Below, one piece after another: positions 1 to 10,220 of a DNA stretch of 64,000 bases. How positions within the stretch are numbered: the first letter of the stretch is position 1; each line of letters opens with the position of its first letter. The translations under genes and the position numbers were made by a program. A model generated the notes under the pieces. It had not been told where the DNA came from. It worked only from the letters and a program-made list of their open reading frames with translations, and did no database searches. Source of the DNA: Acidobacteriota bacterium (GTDB lineage Bacteria > Acidobacteriota > Thermoanaerobaculia > Multivoradales > UBA5704); NCBI GenBank assembly GCA_040005235.1, contig JBDTZG010000020.1, positions 1 through 64,000 on the forward strand, given 5' to 3'.

Positions 1-168
1 TATCGCCGTCCGCCACCAGGGCGGACGAACTACCCACACAGAGAGGCGAAGACCCTCCGGAAAGACCTCCCGAATCTCTGCCGGCGAGTTCGCCTCAATC
101 CTGAGAAGCTCACATTCGGCGATCTGGTCGAGGCGATTCGTACGTGGCTGGAGGAGCAGGAGGTCTGA
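1..168 (+). CDS. 3' end of a hypothetical protein running in from the previous window (possibly degenerate)
   Basis: Open frame 1 ends at TGA 166-168: ...KDLPNLCRRVRLNPEKLTFGDLVEAIRTWLEEQEV. It looks protein-like, but no start is visible. Confidence 0.4.
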   Translation, partial: YRRPPPGRTNYPHREAKTLRKDLPNLCRRVRLNPEKLTFGDLVEAIRTWLEEQEV

Positions 169-436
169 GCCCCCCTTTACACCCGACATTGCCCGGTTCA
201 CCTAGCGCTGGCTTCCGGCATCGGGTTGAGTGCCTTTTCACCACCGGGCGTGGCTGCGAGATCGTCAAACAGTGCTGCATGGAGGTGTCCCTATTGCGGT
301 CGACCGAATCTCGCCAATGAGCTGGCGGCCGAACGCTATATGATTGTTAATTGCTAGGCTTAATCGCGGGCAATGACGTACGGTCCGTTGAAAAAAATGA
401 GACTCTTTTTTCATCGCCAAGGAGGGTACGCAAGGA

Positions 437-1300
437 ATGATCGAAACTAGCGCTATGAGCCAGGTCTTCGTCACACACGCTATCGCACTGCTTCTCGAAA
501 GAGCCCGATCTGCGCAGAGGATTCTCGGTGAGCTTGACGGTTGTATGACCTTGGATTTTAGAGGCATCAAGGAGTTTCAAGCGGAACGGACTGAAGCCTT
601 GTCATACAGACTGGAGGGGCTTGGCCAACAACTTCCCGTGCTACTAGACCTCATGGGAATGGACAGCACACGACAGAAGTTCCTTAGCTCCTGGGAACTT
701 TCCTCCAAGGATCTTGAATTCACGAAGATTGTCGTCACCGGCGAGGACGCATTTCTTGTTTCACCGCCCTTGGGGCTGGTAAATGACATCCTTGAAATCC
801 TTAGCGCCGGCTCAGAGGGAGTACTGGGAGAAGATCCTGCCGACATCAGGACGCTTGAGTACATACTTCGATCGACTCCGCAGATTCTCAATGCGCGCGG
901 CATCTCGCCCAAAAGAGAGCTAGACATCCAGAGGGTACTTCATGAGCACTTGGAGAACACCTTCCCGGATTACACCAGAAAAGTTAGCCTACCAAAGGGG
1001 TTGAAGTGCTTCGAACCTGACGGAGCGATCCCTTCACTCGGAGTACTAATCGAAGTAAAGTATATTGACACAAAGCGGAAGGTGGACCAAATTTTCTCAG
1101 GCATAATGGAGGATCTGTCAGGCTATGGAGGCACTAAGGATTGGACTCGTTACTACTCGGTGATTTACCAGACAGAACCCTTCGTAAACGAAACCCGATT
1201 CGATCGATCGCTTCAGCTTTCGGGAAATTCTGGCCGCTGGAGGCCTATCGTAGTCGCCGGTACCGGGCAACCTAAACGCAAAACGGCACCAAAACCCTAA
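437..1300 (+). CDS. PD-(D/E)xK restriction-endonuclease-fold protein (DpnII/MboI-like C-terminal REase domain)
   Basis: 287 aa with AGGA RBS. C-terminal E..IQ..L...FPD...EPDGAIPSLGVLIEVKY is a PD..ExK motif. The DNA is visibly AT-richer than the rest of the window. Confidence 0.7.
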   Translation: MIETSAMSQVFVTHAIALLLERARSAQRILGELDGCMTLDFRGIKEFQAERTEALSYRLEGLGQQLPVLLDLMGMDSTRQKFLSSWELSSKDLEFTKIVVTGEDAFLVSPPLGLVNDILEILSAGSEGVLGEDPADIRTLEYILRSTPQILNARGISPKRELDIQRVLHEHLENTFPDYTRKVSLPKGLKCFEPDGAIPSLGVLIEVKYIDTKRKVDQIFSGIMEDLSGYGGTKDWTRYYSVIYQTEPFVNETRFDRSLQLSGNSGRWRPIVVAGTGQPKRKTAPKP

Positions 1301-1409
1301 CTAACTGACGTGACCGCGGTCATGACGCTGAGGAGCGCATATCAGGCAGACGAGTGAACCCATCCTGAGCCAGGAGCCTCGACAGTAGTTTGGTGAGGGT
1401 CTTTCGCGC

Positions 1410-2150
1410 TTAACCTAACAGTGTCGCTTCCGCCGTCTCTGCCACAAGCGCCGCGCGGTGCCAGCGCCGCAAAACCGCCGGATCGTTGCACGCGGCGATG
1501 GCGGACTGCGCGGCCTCATCGACAGCGAGCCCGCGGGCGGCGAAAACTTCGAGCAGGCTCTCGCGCAGCTCCGTGGCGCGGACGGCTTCTAGGCTGTCGA
1601 AGCCCTGCCGTTGGAGGAGGTTCCGCAGCGTGGCGTCGAGCCCTGCCTGGGGCTCATAGAGCGCCTCGACCGCGACGGGATTTCGCAGGACTCCTGGTGC
1701 CCGCAGCTCTTCGCCGGGATTGGCCAGCCGCATCGACTGGCCGGCGGCATGAACCTCCACTCGCCGCGGCCCTACCAAGCGGACGACCCATACCCACCGG
1801 GTACCTGCGGCAAGCAACTCGCGGATCTTGACCGCGAGATCGGTCTCGTCCTGTCCGACGTCGGCGTATTCGACCGCGAGCTGCGGCACGCCCTGGATCC
1901 AGCCCGGCTGGTCCGGCACATTGCCCACCGAGACGTCGGGGGCTCGCAGCGAGTCGGGAGTTGGGGAGAACCCGGCGTCGAGCCCGGCCGAGGTGACGTC
2001 GGGGTCGCTGGCAAGAACCGTTCCGCCGATCAAGCTGGCGCGAGCACCCCGTCCTCCTGTGGGCGAGCACCAGATCGCATGCCCAGCGGACAGCTCGTAC
2101 CGGTCTCCCTGTCGGAGCTGGTCGGCATGGAAAGGGCCGTGATCGGTCAT
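1410..2150 (-). CDS. Uma2 family endonuclease with C-terminal DUF4351-like helical tail
   Basis: RYELSAG...LRAPDVSV...PQLAVEYAD...AGTRWVWVV. Start taken at ATG 2150 (GTG at 2168 is possible). The longer ORF-track version overlaps yhbY antisense. Confidence 0.8.
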   Translation of the reverse strand: MTDHGPFHADQLRQGDRYELSAGHAIWCSPTGGRGARASLIGGTVLASDPDVTSAGLDAGFSPTPDSLRAPDVSVGNVPDQPGWIQGVPQLAVEYADVGQDETDLAVKIRELLAAGTRWVWVVRLVGPRRVEVHAAGQSMRLANPGEELRAPGVLRNPVAVEALYEPQAGLDATLRNLLQRQGFDSLEAVRATELRESLLEVFAARGLAVDEAAQSAIAACNDPAVLRRWHRAALVAETAEATLLG

Positions 2151-2273
2151 CGCCCGGGCGTTTTTCACGGTGATGAAGATACCACGGTGGCTCCGGCAGA
2201 TCGCGACGCGGCATGCTAGTCTCCACCGCTCTTCGCGGCACGGCCGCGGGGACAGCTTAAGGAACCCCTCCCT

Positions 2274-2576
2274 ATGGCCCAACTCACCAGTTCCCAACGC
2301 AAATGGCTGCGCGGCCTGGCCCATCCGCTGGAGCCGATCGTCCGGCTTGGCAAGCATGGCGCAACCGAAGGGGTTCTCTCCGAGATCGACGCCGCGCTCG
2401 ATATCCATGAGCTGATCAAGGTCCAGGCACCGATTCCGCGCGAGGAAAAGAGCGAGCTTTCCGCGCATCTCGAAGCGGAGCTCAACGCCCAGGTGGTCGG
2501 CCGGGTCGGCCATATTTTCATTCTGTATCGCGAACAGCCCGATCCGGAGAAGCGCAAGGTCCATCTGCCTCGATAG
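2274..2576 (+). CDS. yhbY: YhbY/CRM-domain RNA-binding protein (ribosome assembly)
   Basis: LTSSQRKWLRGLAHPLEPIVRLGKHG...HELIKV...GHIFILYR is the canonical CRM signature. Confidence 0.92.
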   Translation: MAQLTSSQRKWLRGLAHPLEPIVRLGKHGATEGVLSEIDAALDIHELIKVQAPIPREEKSELSAHLEAELNAQVVGRVGHIFILYREQPDPEKRKVHLPR

Positions 2577-2684
2577 TCCGGACGCCTACCCCACATCCCT
2601 TGCGCGAACGGCGCGAGGCATGGGGGGATCGTGGTACCCTCTTCCGGCCTTTTCAAGCAGCTGACAATCTAGGGAGAGCTCCGC

Positions 2685-5639
2685 ATGACAAGTCGTTGGT
2701 TGGCCGTCGTTCTGGCCCTGGGCAGCAGCGTCTCCGCCGCCTACGCAGCGCCCGTCTCCACCATGATCCGGCTCAATTCGATCCTTCTCGACACGGCCCG
2801 TCCTCCGGCAGTGCCCGAGCCTCTGCAGGCGAAACCGGGGGGGATCGACGGCAACGTCGCGCTGGTACAGTTCCCCGGTCCGATCACGGCCAAACAGCGC
2901 GCGGCGCTCGACGAGCGGGCTCTCCGCGTCTACACCTACCTACCCGACAACGCGTTCCTGGTCCGGCTGCCGGCCGGCTCGACGGCGGTCGCCGCGAGCG
3001 AGATCGGCGCGAGCTGGGTGGGCGTCTACCATCCCTTCTACAAGATCTCCGCGGACGTGGCGGCGGTCGCGGCTCCCGAGGTCGAGGGGCGCGCGCCGCG
3101 GGTCCGCTCGGTGTTCGTCCAGGTCTATCCCGACGCGAACCTGGACGAGGTGGTCCAGCAGATCCGCGATCTCGGCCTCGACGCCAAGGTCGCCGGATCG
3201 AGCGCGAACCCCTTTTTCTCGCGCGTCCGCCTGCTGCTCACCGACGCCGAGATGGTGCGTTTCCGGAAGCAACTCGCCACCCTGGCCGACGTGTTCTGGA
3301 TCGACCTCGAGCCGCGCCGCGCCCTGTTGAACGACACCACGATCTGGGTCGGTCAGTCGGGCCTTTCCGCCGGCATGACCACGCCGATCTTCTCGCGCAA
3401 CATCTTCGGCGAGGGACAGACGATCGCCGTCCTCGACACGGGGATCGACGCCGACATGTGCTTCTTCCGCGATACCGCCCGCGGCTTGCCGCCGACCAAC
3501 GCCTGCAACGGCGGCACGGTGGTCGATACCGCCCAGCGCAAGGTGATCGCGGTCGATTTCCTCTGGCAAACCGAGTGCAACGGCGGCATCACCTCGACCG
3601 AGTGGGACACCCAGGATCACGGCACTCACGTCTCGGGCACCGCGGCGGGCGACAACTTCGCGAACGTGTTGACCCACAACACTGCGGATGGCATGGCGCC
3701 GGGGGCCAAGCTGGTGATGCAGGACGCCGGCTATCTGGTGGACAACTGTGGCGACTTGCCCGGCATCGGCTGTCCGGTTGTCGATCTGAACCCGCTCTTC
3801 CAACAGACCTACGACCAGGGCGCGCGCTTCCATTCGAACTCCTGGGGCGACAATGAGAACGCCACGGTGCAGAACAACTACTCGGCGGGCAGCCAGGACG
3901 TCGACGAGTTCATGTGGAACCACAAGGACTTTCTGATCCTGTTCGCGGCCGGCAACTCAGGGCCTGGCACCGCTTCGGTCGGCAGCCCCTCGACCGCCAA
4001 GAACGGGCTTTCGGTCGGCGCCACCCAGCGCAGCACCGCGGCCAACTCGATGGCCAGCTTTTCCAGCTGCGGCCCGACCTCCGACGGCCGGTTGAAGCCC
4101 GACATCACGGTGCCCGGCCAGAGCATCATCTCGGCGAACGCCGACAACAACACGGCATCCAACAACTGCGACACCAAGAGCAGCTCGGGCACCAGCATGG
4201 CGACGCCCGGCGCGGCCGGTTTCGCCGCCCTCACCCGCCAGTACTATTCGGACGGCTTTTATCCCTCCGGGGCGGCCAACTCGACGAACGCGTTCACCCC
4301 CTCCGCCGCCCTGGTCCGCGCGACGATGATCAACTCGGCGATCAACATGACCGTGCCGACGGCAATCCCCAGCAACTGCCAAGGCTGGGGGCGCGTGCTG
4401 CTCGACGACGCGCTGTTCTTCCCCGGCGATACGCGCAAGCTGTGGGCAAAGGACGACCCGGGTTTCGCGACCGGCTCGACCGCGACCAAGACCTTCACCT
4501 TCACCGTGGTCGCGGGACAATCGTTCAAGGCGACGCTCGCCTGGACCGACTTCCCCTCTACTCCCGCGGCGTCGATCCATCTGATCAACGACCTCGATTT
4601 GACGGTTTCGGGTCCCTCCGGCACGTTCCTCGGCAACGTCTTCGCGAGCGGCGCTTCGACCACCGGCGGTGCGGCCGATCGCCGGAACACGCTCGAACAG
4701 GTGCTGGTCGCAAGCCCCGCAGCCGGCACCTACACGGTGACCGTCAAGGCATTCAACATCCCGCAGGGTACGGAGCCGTTCGCCCTGGTCGTGACCGGCA
4801 ACGCCACCGAAGCGGGCGGCAACCAGTCGCCGATCGCCAACGCCGGCCCCGATCAAAACGTCGGCGTGAACGCCACGGTGACCCTGAACGGCTCCGCGTC
4901 CTCCGACCCGGACGGCGGCCCGAATCCGCTCACCTACGCTTGGTCGCAGGTGTCCGGCCCGGCCGCAACGATAACCAATCCAACCTCTGCGATGGCGAGC
5001 TTCGTCGCGGCCTCCGCCGGCACCTACGTCTTCCAGCTCCAGGTGAGCGACGGGGCGGCCTCGGCCACCGACACGGTTTCGATCGTCGCGAGCACCGGTC
5101 CGGTCACCGTCTTCTTCGATGATTTCGAGACCAACAAGGGTTGGACGACCAACCCGCTCGCCACCGACACCGCCACCACCGGCCAGTGGGAGCGGGGCGA
5201 TCCGGAGGCGACCACCGATACCGGCGCGCGCCAGCTGGGTACGACGGTTTCCGGTTTGAACGATCTGGTCACCGCGCGACTGGCCGGCGCATCGGCGGGA
5301 GCGAACGACATCGACGGCGGCACCACGACGATCCAGTCTCCGGCGATCGTGCTGCCTTCGACCGGCACGCTAACGCTCACCTTCTCGTACTACTTCTCTC
5401 ACTCGACCAACTCGTCCTCGGCCGACTTCTTCCGCGTCCAGGTGGTGGGGACCACGACCACCCAGGTACTCCAGGAGCTCGGTGCGGCGACCGGCGACAA
5501 CGCGGCCTGGGCAACCGGCACGGCCAACATCTCGGCGTTCGCCGGCCAAACCGTGCGCATCCTGATCTCGGCCGCCGACGCCTCGACCGCGAGCCTGGTC
5601 GAAGCCGGAGTGGACGACGTGAAGATCGTTCAGCAGTAG
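2685..5639 (+). CDS. Secreted subtilisin-like S8 serine peptidase (KP-43-like) with PPC, PKD-like and C-terminal beta-sandwich domains
   Basis: Signal peptide; VLDTG (Asp), DHGTHVSG (His), FAAGN (oxyanion), GTSMATP (Ser); QGWGRV; ATLAWTD...NDLDL; PIANAGPDQ PKD-like repeat; GGGAGAG RBS. Confidence 0.93.
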   Translation: MTSRWLAVVLALGSSVSAAYAAPVSTMIRLNSILLDTARPPAVPEPLQAKPGGIDGNVALVQFPGPITAKQRAALDERALRVYTYLPDNAFLVRLPAGSTAVAASEIGASWVGVYHPFYKISADVAAVAAPEVEGRAPRVRSVFVQVYPDANLDEVVQQIRDLGLDAKVAGSSANPFFSRVRLLLTDAEMVRFRKQLATLADVFWIDLEPRRALLNDTTIWVGQSGLSAGMTTPIFSRNIFGEGQTIAVLDTGIDADMCFFRDTARGLPPTNACNGGTVVDTAQRKVIAVDFLWQTECNGGITSTEWDTQDHGTHVSGTAAGDNFANVLTHNTADGMAPGAKLVMQDAGYLVDNCGDLPGIGCPVVDLNPLFQQTYDQGARFHSNSWGDNENATVQNNYSAGSQDVDEFMWNHKDFLILFAAGNSGPGTASVGSPSTAKNGLSVGATQRSTAANSMASFSSCGPTSDGRLKPDITVPGQSIISANADNNTASNNCDTKSSSGTSMATPGAAGFAALTRQYYSDGFYPSGAANSTNAFTPSAALVRATMINSAINMTVPTAIPSNCQGWGRVLLDDALFFPGDTRKLWAKDDPGFATGSTATKTFTFTVVAGQSFKATLAWTDFPSTPAASIHLINDLDLTVSGPSGTFLGNVFASGASTTGGAADRRNTLEQVLVASPAAGTYTVTVKAFNIPQGTEPFALVVTGNATEAGGNQSPIANAGPDQNVGVNATVTLNGSASSDPDGGPNPLTYAWSQVSGPAATITNPTSAMASFVAASAGTYVFQLQVSDGAASATDTVSIVASTGPVTVFFDDFETNKGWTTNPLATDTATTGQWERGDPEATTDTGARQLGTTVSGLNDLVTARLAGASAGANDIDGGTTTIQSPAIVLPSTGTLTLTFSYYFSHSTNSSSADFFRVQVVGTTTTQVLQELGAATGDNAAWATGTANISAFAGQTVRILISAADASTASLVEAGVDDVKIVQQ

Positions 5640-5680
5640 TACTGCCGTAAACCGAGCACGCTTCGCACCGCAGACTCCTG

Positions 5681-5706
5681 AGGCCCCTCCCGCGGGAGGG
5701 GCCTTT
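5681..5706 (+). terminator. Intrinsic terminator after the S8 gene
   Basis: AGGCCCCTCCC-GC-GGGAGGGGCCT hairpin followed by a short T run. Confidence 0.7.
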
Positions 5707-5776
5707 CGCGTTTCGGCCTTCTCTTCGCTCTGCGAAACGGTACACTCCCCCGCGCCAACCTGAGTGGAGATCCGCA

Positions 5777-7555
5777 ATGCGCCGAGCCAGTGTCGTTGCC
5801 GTCCTTGTCGTACTCGCAGTCCTCTTTCCTTTGCACGTTCGCGCCGCCGAATCGGCCTCCGCGACCGCTAAGCTCCACGACCTGTTCGATCGAGAGTGGG
5901 AATGGCGCATCAAGGAAGATCCGGAATTCGCAACCTCGGTCGGCCGGCACGAGTACGACGATCGGCTGACCTCCGGCGCCCCGGAAGATCTGGCGCGCCG
6001 CGCCGAGGGGACGAAAGGGTTTCTCGCGGATCTAAAAGGCGTCGACGCGGCCCAGCTTTCGCCCGACGACCAGACGAGCGCCGAGGTCTTCCGCCGTCAG
6101 CTGGAATCGCGGCTCGCCGATATCCAGCTGGGCGACGACGAAATGCCGTTCAACGCCGACTCCGGCTTCCACACCGGATTTGCCCAGCTGCCGGACAGCG
6201 TTCCGCTCTCTTCCGTCCGCGACTTCGACAACTATCTCTCCCGCCTCGAAGCCTGGCCGACCGTCGTGGCGCAGCACATCGTGCTAATGCGGCGCGGCCT
6301 CGCGCGCGGCTTTACCGTTCCGAAGGCGACGCTCGCCGGCTACGAGAAAACGATCTCGGCGCACGTCGTCGAAGATCCGACGAAGAGCGTGTTCTGGGTG
6401 CCGATCGAGAACTTTCCGGCGACCTTCCCCGAGCCGGAGCGCGAACGCCTGCGCACCCGCGGCAAGGCCGCGGTGCTCCGGGCGATCTCGGGCTATCGGA
6501 CGTTCCTCGACTTCTACACCAACGAGTACTACCCGAAAACCCGCACCACCCTCGGCGCCTCCGACCTGCCGGACGGCGCGGCGTACTACCGCCAGCAGAT
6601 CCGCAAGTTCACGACGCTCGACCTCTCACCCGAGCAGATTCACCGGATCGGCCTGGCCGAGGTCGAACGGATCGGCAAGGAAATGCAGGAGGTGATGAAG
6701 AGCACCGGTTTTGCCGGAGACATGCCCGCCTTCCTCCAATTTCTCCGCACTGATCCGCGGTTCTACGCCAAGACCCCCGAGGAGCTGTTGATGCGGGCGG
6801 CCTGGATCGCCAAAAGGATGGACGGCAAGCTGCCCCCGCTTTTCGGCCGCCTGCCGCGCCTCCCCTACACGGTCGAACCGGTGCCCGACCATCTGGCGCC
6901 CAAATACACCAGCGGGCGCTACGTCGGCGCGCCCTACGGCGGCACCCAGCCCGGAATCTATTGGGTGAACACCTTTCAGCTCGAAAGCCGCCCGCTCTAC
7001 AACCTGCCGGCTTTGACCCTCCACGAATCGGTCCCCGGCCACCACCTCCAGGGCGCGCTCTCTCAGGAGATGGAGAGCCTGCCAAACTTCCGGCGCCACT
7101 CCTACATCTCGGCCTACGGCGAGGGCTGGGGCCTCTACTCCGAATGGCTTGGCATCGAAGCCGGCTTCTACACCGACCCCTACGCCAACTTCGGCCGTCT
7201 GACCTATGAAATGTGGCGCGCCTGCCGTCTAGTCGTCGACACCGGTCTGCACGCCATGGGCTGGACCCGCCAGCAGTCGATCGACTACCTCGCGAGCCAT
7301 ACCGCCCTCCCGCTTCACGAATGCGAGACCGAAACCGATCGCTACATCTCCTGGCCCGGCCAGGCGCTCTCCTACAAACTCGGTCAGATCCAGATCCTGA
7401 ACCTCCGCCGAAAAGCCGAGCAGGCACTCGGAGCGAGCTTCGACGTCCGCGCGTTCCATGACGTCGTCCTGGGTAGCGGATCGGTCCCGCTGGACGTTCT
7501 GGAGCGAAACGTGGAGCGGTGGATCGCGGGGCAGGGGGCGGCCGGCAAGCCCTGA
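5777..7555 (+). CDS. DUF885 family protein (putative secreted metallopeptidase)
   Basis: Signal peptide; LHESVPGHHLQ, AYGEGWGLYSE, RACRLVVDTGLH, RYISWPGQALSYKLG. Confidence 0.92.
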   Translation: MRRASVVAVLVVLAVLFPLHVRAAESASATAKLHDLFDREWEWRIKEDPEFATSVGRHEYDDRLTSGAPEDLARRAEGTKGFLADLKGVDAAQLSPDDQTSAEVFRRQLESRLADIQLGDDEMPFNADSGFHTGFAQLPDSVPLSSVRDFDNYLSRLEAWPTVVAQHIVLMRRGLARGFTVPKATLAGYEKTISAHVVEDPTKSVFWVPIENFPATFPEPERERLRTRGKAAVLRAISGYRTFLDFYTNEYYPKTRTTLGASDLPDGAAYYRQQIRKFTTLDLSPEQIHRIGLAEVERIGKEMQEVMKSTGFAGDMPAFLQFLRTDPRFYAKTPEELLMRAAWIAKRMDGKLPPLFGRLPRLPYTVEPVPDHLAPKYTSGRYVGAPYGGTQPGIYWVNTFQLESRPLYNLPALTLHESVPGHHLQGALSQEMESLPNFRRHSYISAYGEGWGLYSEWLGIEAGFYTDPYANFGRLTYEMWRACRLVVDTGLHAMGWTRQQSIDYLASHTALPLHECETETDRYISWPGQALSYKLGQIQILNLRRKAEQALGASFDVRAFHDVVLGSGSVPLDVLERNVERWIAGQGAAGKP

Positions 7556-7628
7556 GGTCTTCGACCCTAAACCTCGCCCGGGTTCGTTGCGTATGCTCCC
7601 CTGACCGGTTTTGAGGGAGAGCCCACCT

Positions 7629-10178
7629 ATGTCCTCGACTTCCTTTTTCGAAACGACCCTCCAGGATCTCGGCTACGCCGTTCGCACCCTGCGCAAGAGC
7701 CCCGGGTTCACGGTGATCGCGGCGTTGTCGCTCGCCCTCGGGATCGGGGCGAATACGGCGATCTTCAGTTTGATCTCGGCGCTTATTCTTCGGCCTTTGC
7801 CCGTGGAAAATCCGAAGGCCTTGGTGGTGATCGGCGACGGCTCGCGGATCGGCTCGATTTCAAGCGGCAGCCTGCGGCCGGAGATCTACTCGGTCCCCAT
7901 GTACCGTGAGCTCAAAGCGCAGAATCGGTCGTTCTCCGGCATCCTGGCGTCCGGAACGTCCGGACGGGTACTGTTGGGATTGGGCAGCGGGCACACGGAG
8001 CCCGAAGATCCGAACGCTCCCGGGGCTTCCGTGCGGGGCCGGTTGGTGTCGGGCAACTACTTTTCGGTCCTCGGCGTACCGGCTTTTGAGGGACGGACCT
8101 TTAGCGAAGCCGACGACCAGGCGCCGGGAGCCTCCCCTTTCGTCGTCGTGAGCCATGACTTCTGGCAACGGCGCTTGGAGAGCGACCCGCACGCGCTCGG
8201 CCGCAAGATCACGCTCAACGGCTCGCCGTTTTCAATCGTCGGGATTGCTCGGCCCGGATTTACCGGCGAGATCGTCGGCAACGCCACCGAGGTTTGGATT
8301 CCGCTTTCGATGCAAGAGCAGATCAACCCCGGGCGATCGTTCGGCACACATTGGGAGATCAGCTGGCTGCTGCTGATGGGCCGCACCCGACCGGGGGTTT
8401 CGCTTTCGGCGGCGCGCGCCGAGGTCCAGGGGCTGTTCCACCGCATGATCGCCGCCCAACCGCCGAACCTCGTCGCTGCCGAAGAACGCGACGAGTTAGG
8501 CCGCGCCGAGGTGCCGGTGAACCCGGGGGCGAATGGCTTATCGCGCCTGCGCAACCAATTTGGGCATTCGTTGTTCACCTTGCTTGCGATCGTCAGCCTG
8601 GTCTTATTGGTCGCCTCGGCCAACGTAGCGAATCTGCTGCTCGAACGGGCGACCGGTCGAAAGAAGGAGATCGGCGTTCGCCTCGCGCTCGGCGCCGGCC
8701 GCGGTCGCCTGGTGCGCCAGCTGCTGACCGAGAGCTTGGTTCTCGCACTGCTCGGCGGAGCGCTTGGCCTGGTATCGGCGTTCTGGGCCGACACGGCCCT
8801 GGTCCGTCTGGTGGCAGGGCCGTCGAGCGCGCTCGACCTTCGTCCCGATCTGTCGGTTCTCGCCTTCACCGCGTTCCTCTCGCTGGTCACGGCGATCGTC
8901 TTCGGGCTCGCCCCCGCGCTCACCGCGACCCGCGTCGAGCTGGCTCCCACTCTCAAGGAAAGCTCGCGCTCGCTCGCGGGCGGCTCGGGCAACCGCTGGC
9001 CGCTCGGCAAGATCTTGGTGATCGCCCAATTCGCCCTCTCCCTCCTGCTGCTGGTGGGAGCCGGGCTGTTCGTCCGGACGCTCCAAAACCTCGAACGCCT
9101 CGATCTCGGCTACAAGCGCGAGGGGCTGTTGATGGCGAGCCTCGATCCGATCGGCGGCGGTGTTTCGCTCGAACGCTTCGAGCCCTTCGCCACCGACCTG
9201 TTCGAACGGCTGAAAGCCGTCCCCGGGGTCGCCGCGGTCACCGCCTCGGAAAATGGCCTGTTCAGCGGCACGGAATCCTCCACCGGCGTGCGAATCGAAG
9301 GCTATTCGACGGGGGCCGACGGCGATCCTGAGGTGGACACGGACCAGGTGGCTCCGGCCTACTTCGAAGTCGTGGGCATCCCAATCCAGTCCGGCCGGGA
9401 CATCTCCGCCGCCGACCGCAAAGGAGGCGCCGCGGTGGCGGTGGTCAATCGGGCGCTGGTCGAGACCTACTTCAAGGGCGCGAATCCGCTCGGCCGCCAC
9501 ATCTCCACCTACGATCAAGAGGGGAAAACGACCGCGATTTACGAAATCGTCGGAGTTGCCGCCAACTCGCGCGACCATGAGCTGCGCGGCACCGTTTCGC
9601 CCCGGTACTTCACCGCGATGCTCCAGGGCGAGCGGCCACCCTCGCGGCTGAACCTGGAGATCCGCGCCGCTCAACCCGACGTGACCAAGCTGGCGGTGCG
9701 CAAAGCGCTTCTCGCCGCGTATCCGCAGGTGCCGCTCGAAGACCTGGCGTCGCTGTCTTCCTCGCTCGGCGATCAGGTCCAGGACGAGCGCCTGATCGCC
9801 AAGCTGTCCGCGATCTTCGGCCTGCTCGGGTTGGTACTTGCCGCGATCGGTCTGTACGGCGTGGTCTCGTACGCAATCGCCCGCCGCACCCACGAGCTGG
9901 GGTTACGCATGGCGCTGGGCGCGCAGCGAACCAAAGTTCTTTGGATGGTTCTGCGCGAGACGCTGCTTCTAGCTTTAGCGGGCACCGCCCTCGGCATTCC
10001 GGCGGCGCTCGCCGCGACACGCGCGGTCGAAAGCCGGCTCTTTGGCCTTTCCCCCACGGATCCGGCGACCCTGGCGGTCGCAGTGGGAGTCCTGCTTGCG
10101 GTCGCTCTGGTGGCGGGCAGCGTCCCGGGAGCGCGGGCGACCCGGGTCAATCCGGTCCAGGCGCTGCGCTACGAATAG
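7629..10178 (+). CDS. Acidobacterial duplicated orphan ABC permease (ADOP; MacB/FtsX-like, duplicated)
   Basis: QDLGYAVRTLRKSPGFT...LGIGANTAIFS; NVANLLLERA...EIGVRLALGAGRGRLVRQLLTES; GLYGVVSYAIARRTHELGLRMALGA; RVNPVQALRYE. Confidence 0.92.
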   Translation: MSSTSFFETTLQDLGYAVRTLRKSPGFTVIAALSLALGIGANTAIFSLISALILRPLPVENPKALVVIGDGSRIGSISSGSLRPEIYSVPMYRELKAQNRSFSGILASGTSGRVLLGLGSGHTEPEDPNAPGASVRGRLVSGNYFSVLGVPAFEGRTFSEADDQAPGASPFVVVSHDFWQRRLESDPHALGRKITLNGSPFSIVGIARPGFTGEIVGNATEVWIPLSMQEQINPGRSFGTHWEISWLLLMGRTRPGVSLSAARAEVQGLFHRMIAAQPPNLVAAEERDELGRAEVPVNPGANGLSRLRNQFGHSLFTLLAIVSLVLLVASANVANLLLERATGRKKEIGVRLALGAGRGRLVRQLLTESLVLALLGGALGLVSAFWADTALVRLVAGPSSALDLRPDLSVLAFTAFLSLVTAIVFGLAPALTATRVELAPTLKESSRSLAGGSGNRWPLGKILVIAQFALSLLLLVGAGLFVRTLQNLERLDLGYKREGLLMASLDPIGGGVSLERFEPFATDLFERLKAVPGVAAVTASENGLFSGTESSTGVRIEGYSTGADGDPEVDTDQVAPAYFEVVGIPIQSGRDISAADRKGGAAVAVVNRALVETYFKGANPLGRHISTYDQEGKTTAIYEIVGVAANSRDHELRGTVSPRYFTAMLQGERPPSRLNLEIRAAQPDVTKLAVRKALLAAYPQVPLEDLASLSSSLGDQVQDERLIAKLSAIFGLLGLVLAAIGLYGVVSYAIARRTHELGLRMALGAQRTKVLWMVLRETLLLALAGTALGIPAALAATRAVESRLFGLSPTDPATLAVAVGVLLAVALVAGSVPGARATRVNPVQALRYE

Positions 10179-10181
10179 GTA

Positions 10182-10213
10182 AGCCCTCACCCCCCGCCAG
10201 GGGGTGAGGGGCT
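10182..10213. terminator. Bidirectional hairpin terminator between convergent genes
   Basis: AGCCCTCACCCCC...GGGGGTGAGGGGCT inverted repeat. Confidence 0.65.
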
Positions 10214-10220
10214 AGCGGCA

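Noticed and set aside
1295-1410. Integron attC site after the low-GC nuclease
   Set aside because: TAAC is present at the stop, but there is no proper RYYYAAC...GTTRRRY pair or long imperfect palindrome.
2685-10178. S8 peptidase, DUF885 and ADOP permease as the maturation/export cluster for the RiPP precursor
   Set aside because: They lie 8-15 kb away, separated by terminators and housekeeping genes. The S8 is a KP-43-like secreted protease rather than a LanP type, and no modifying enzyme is present.
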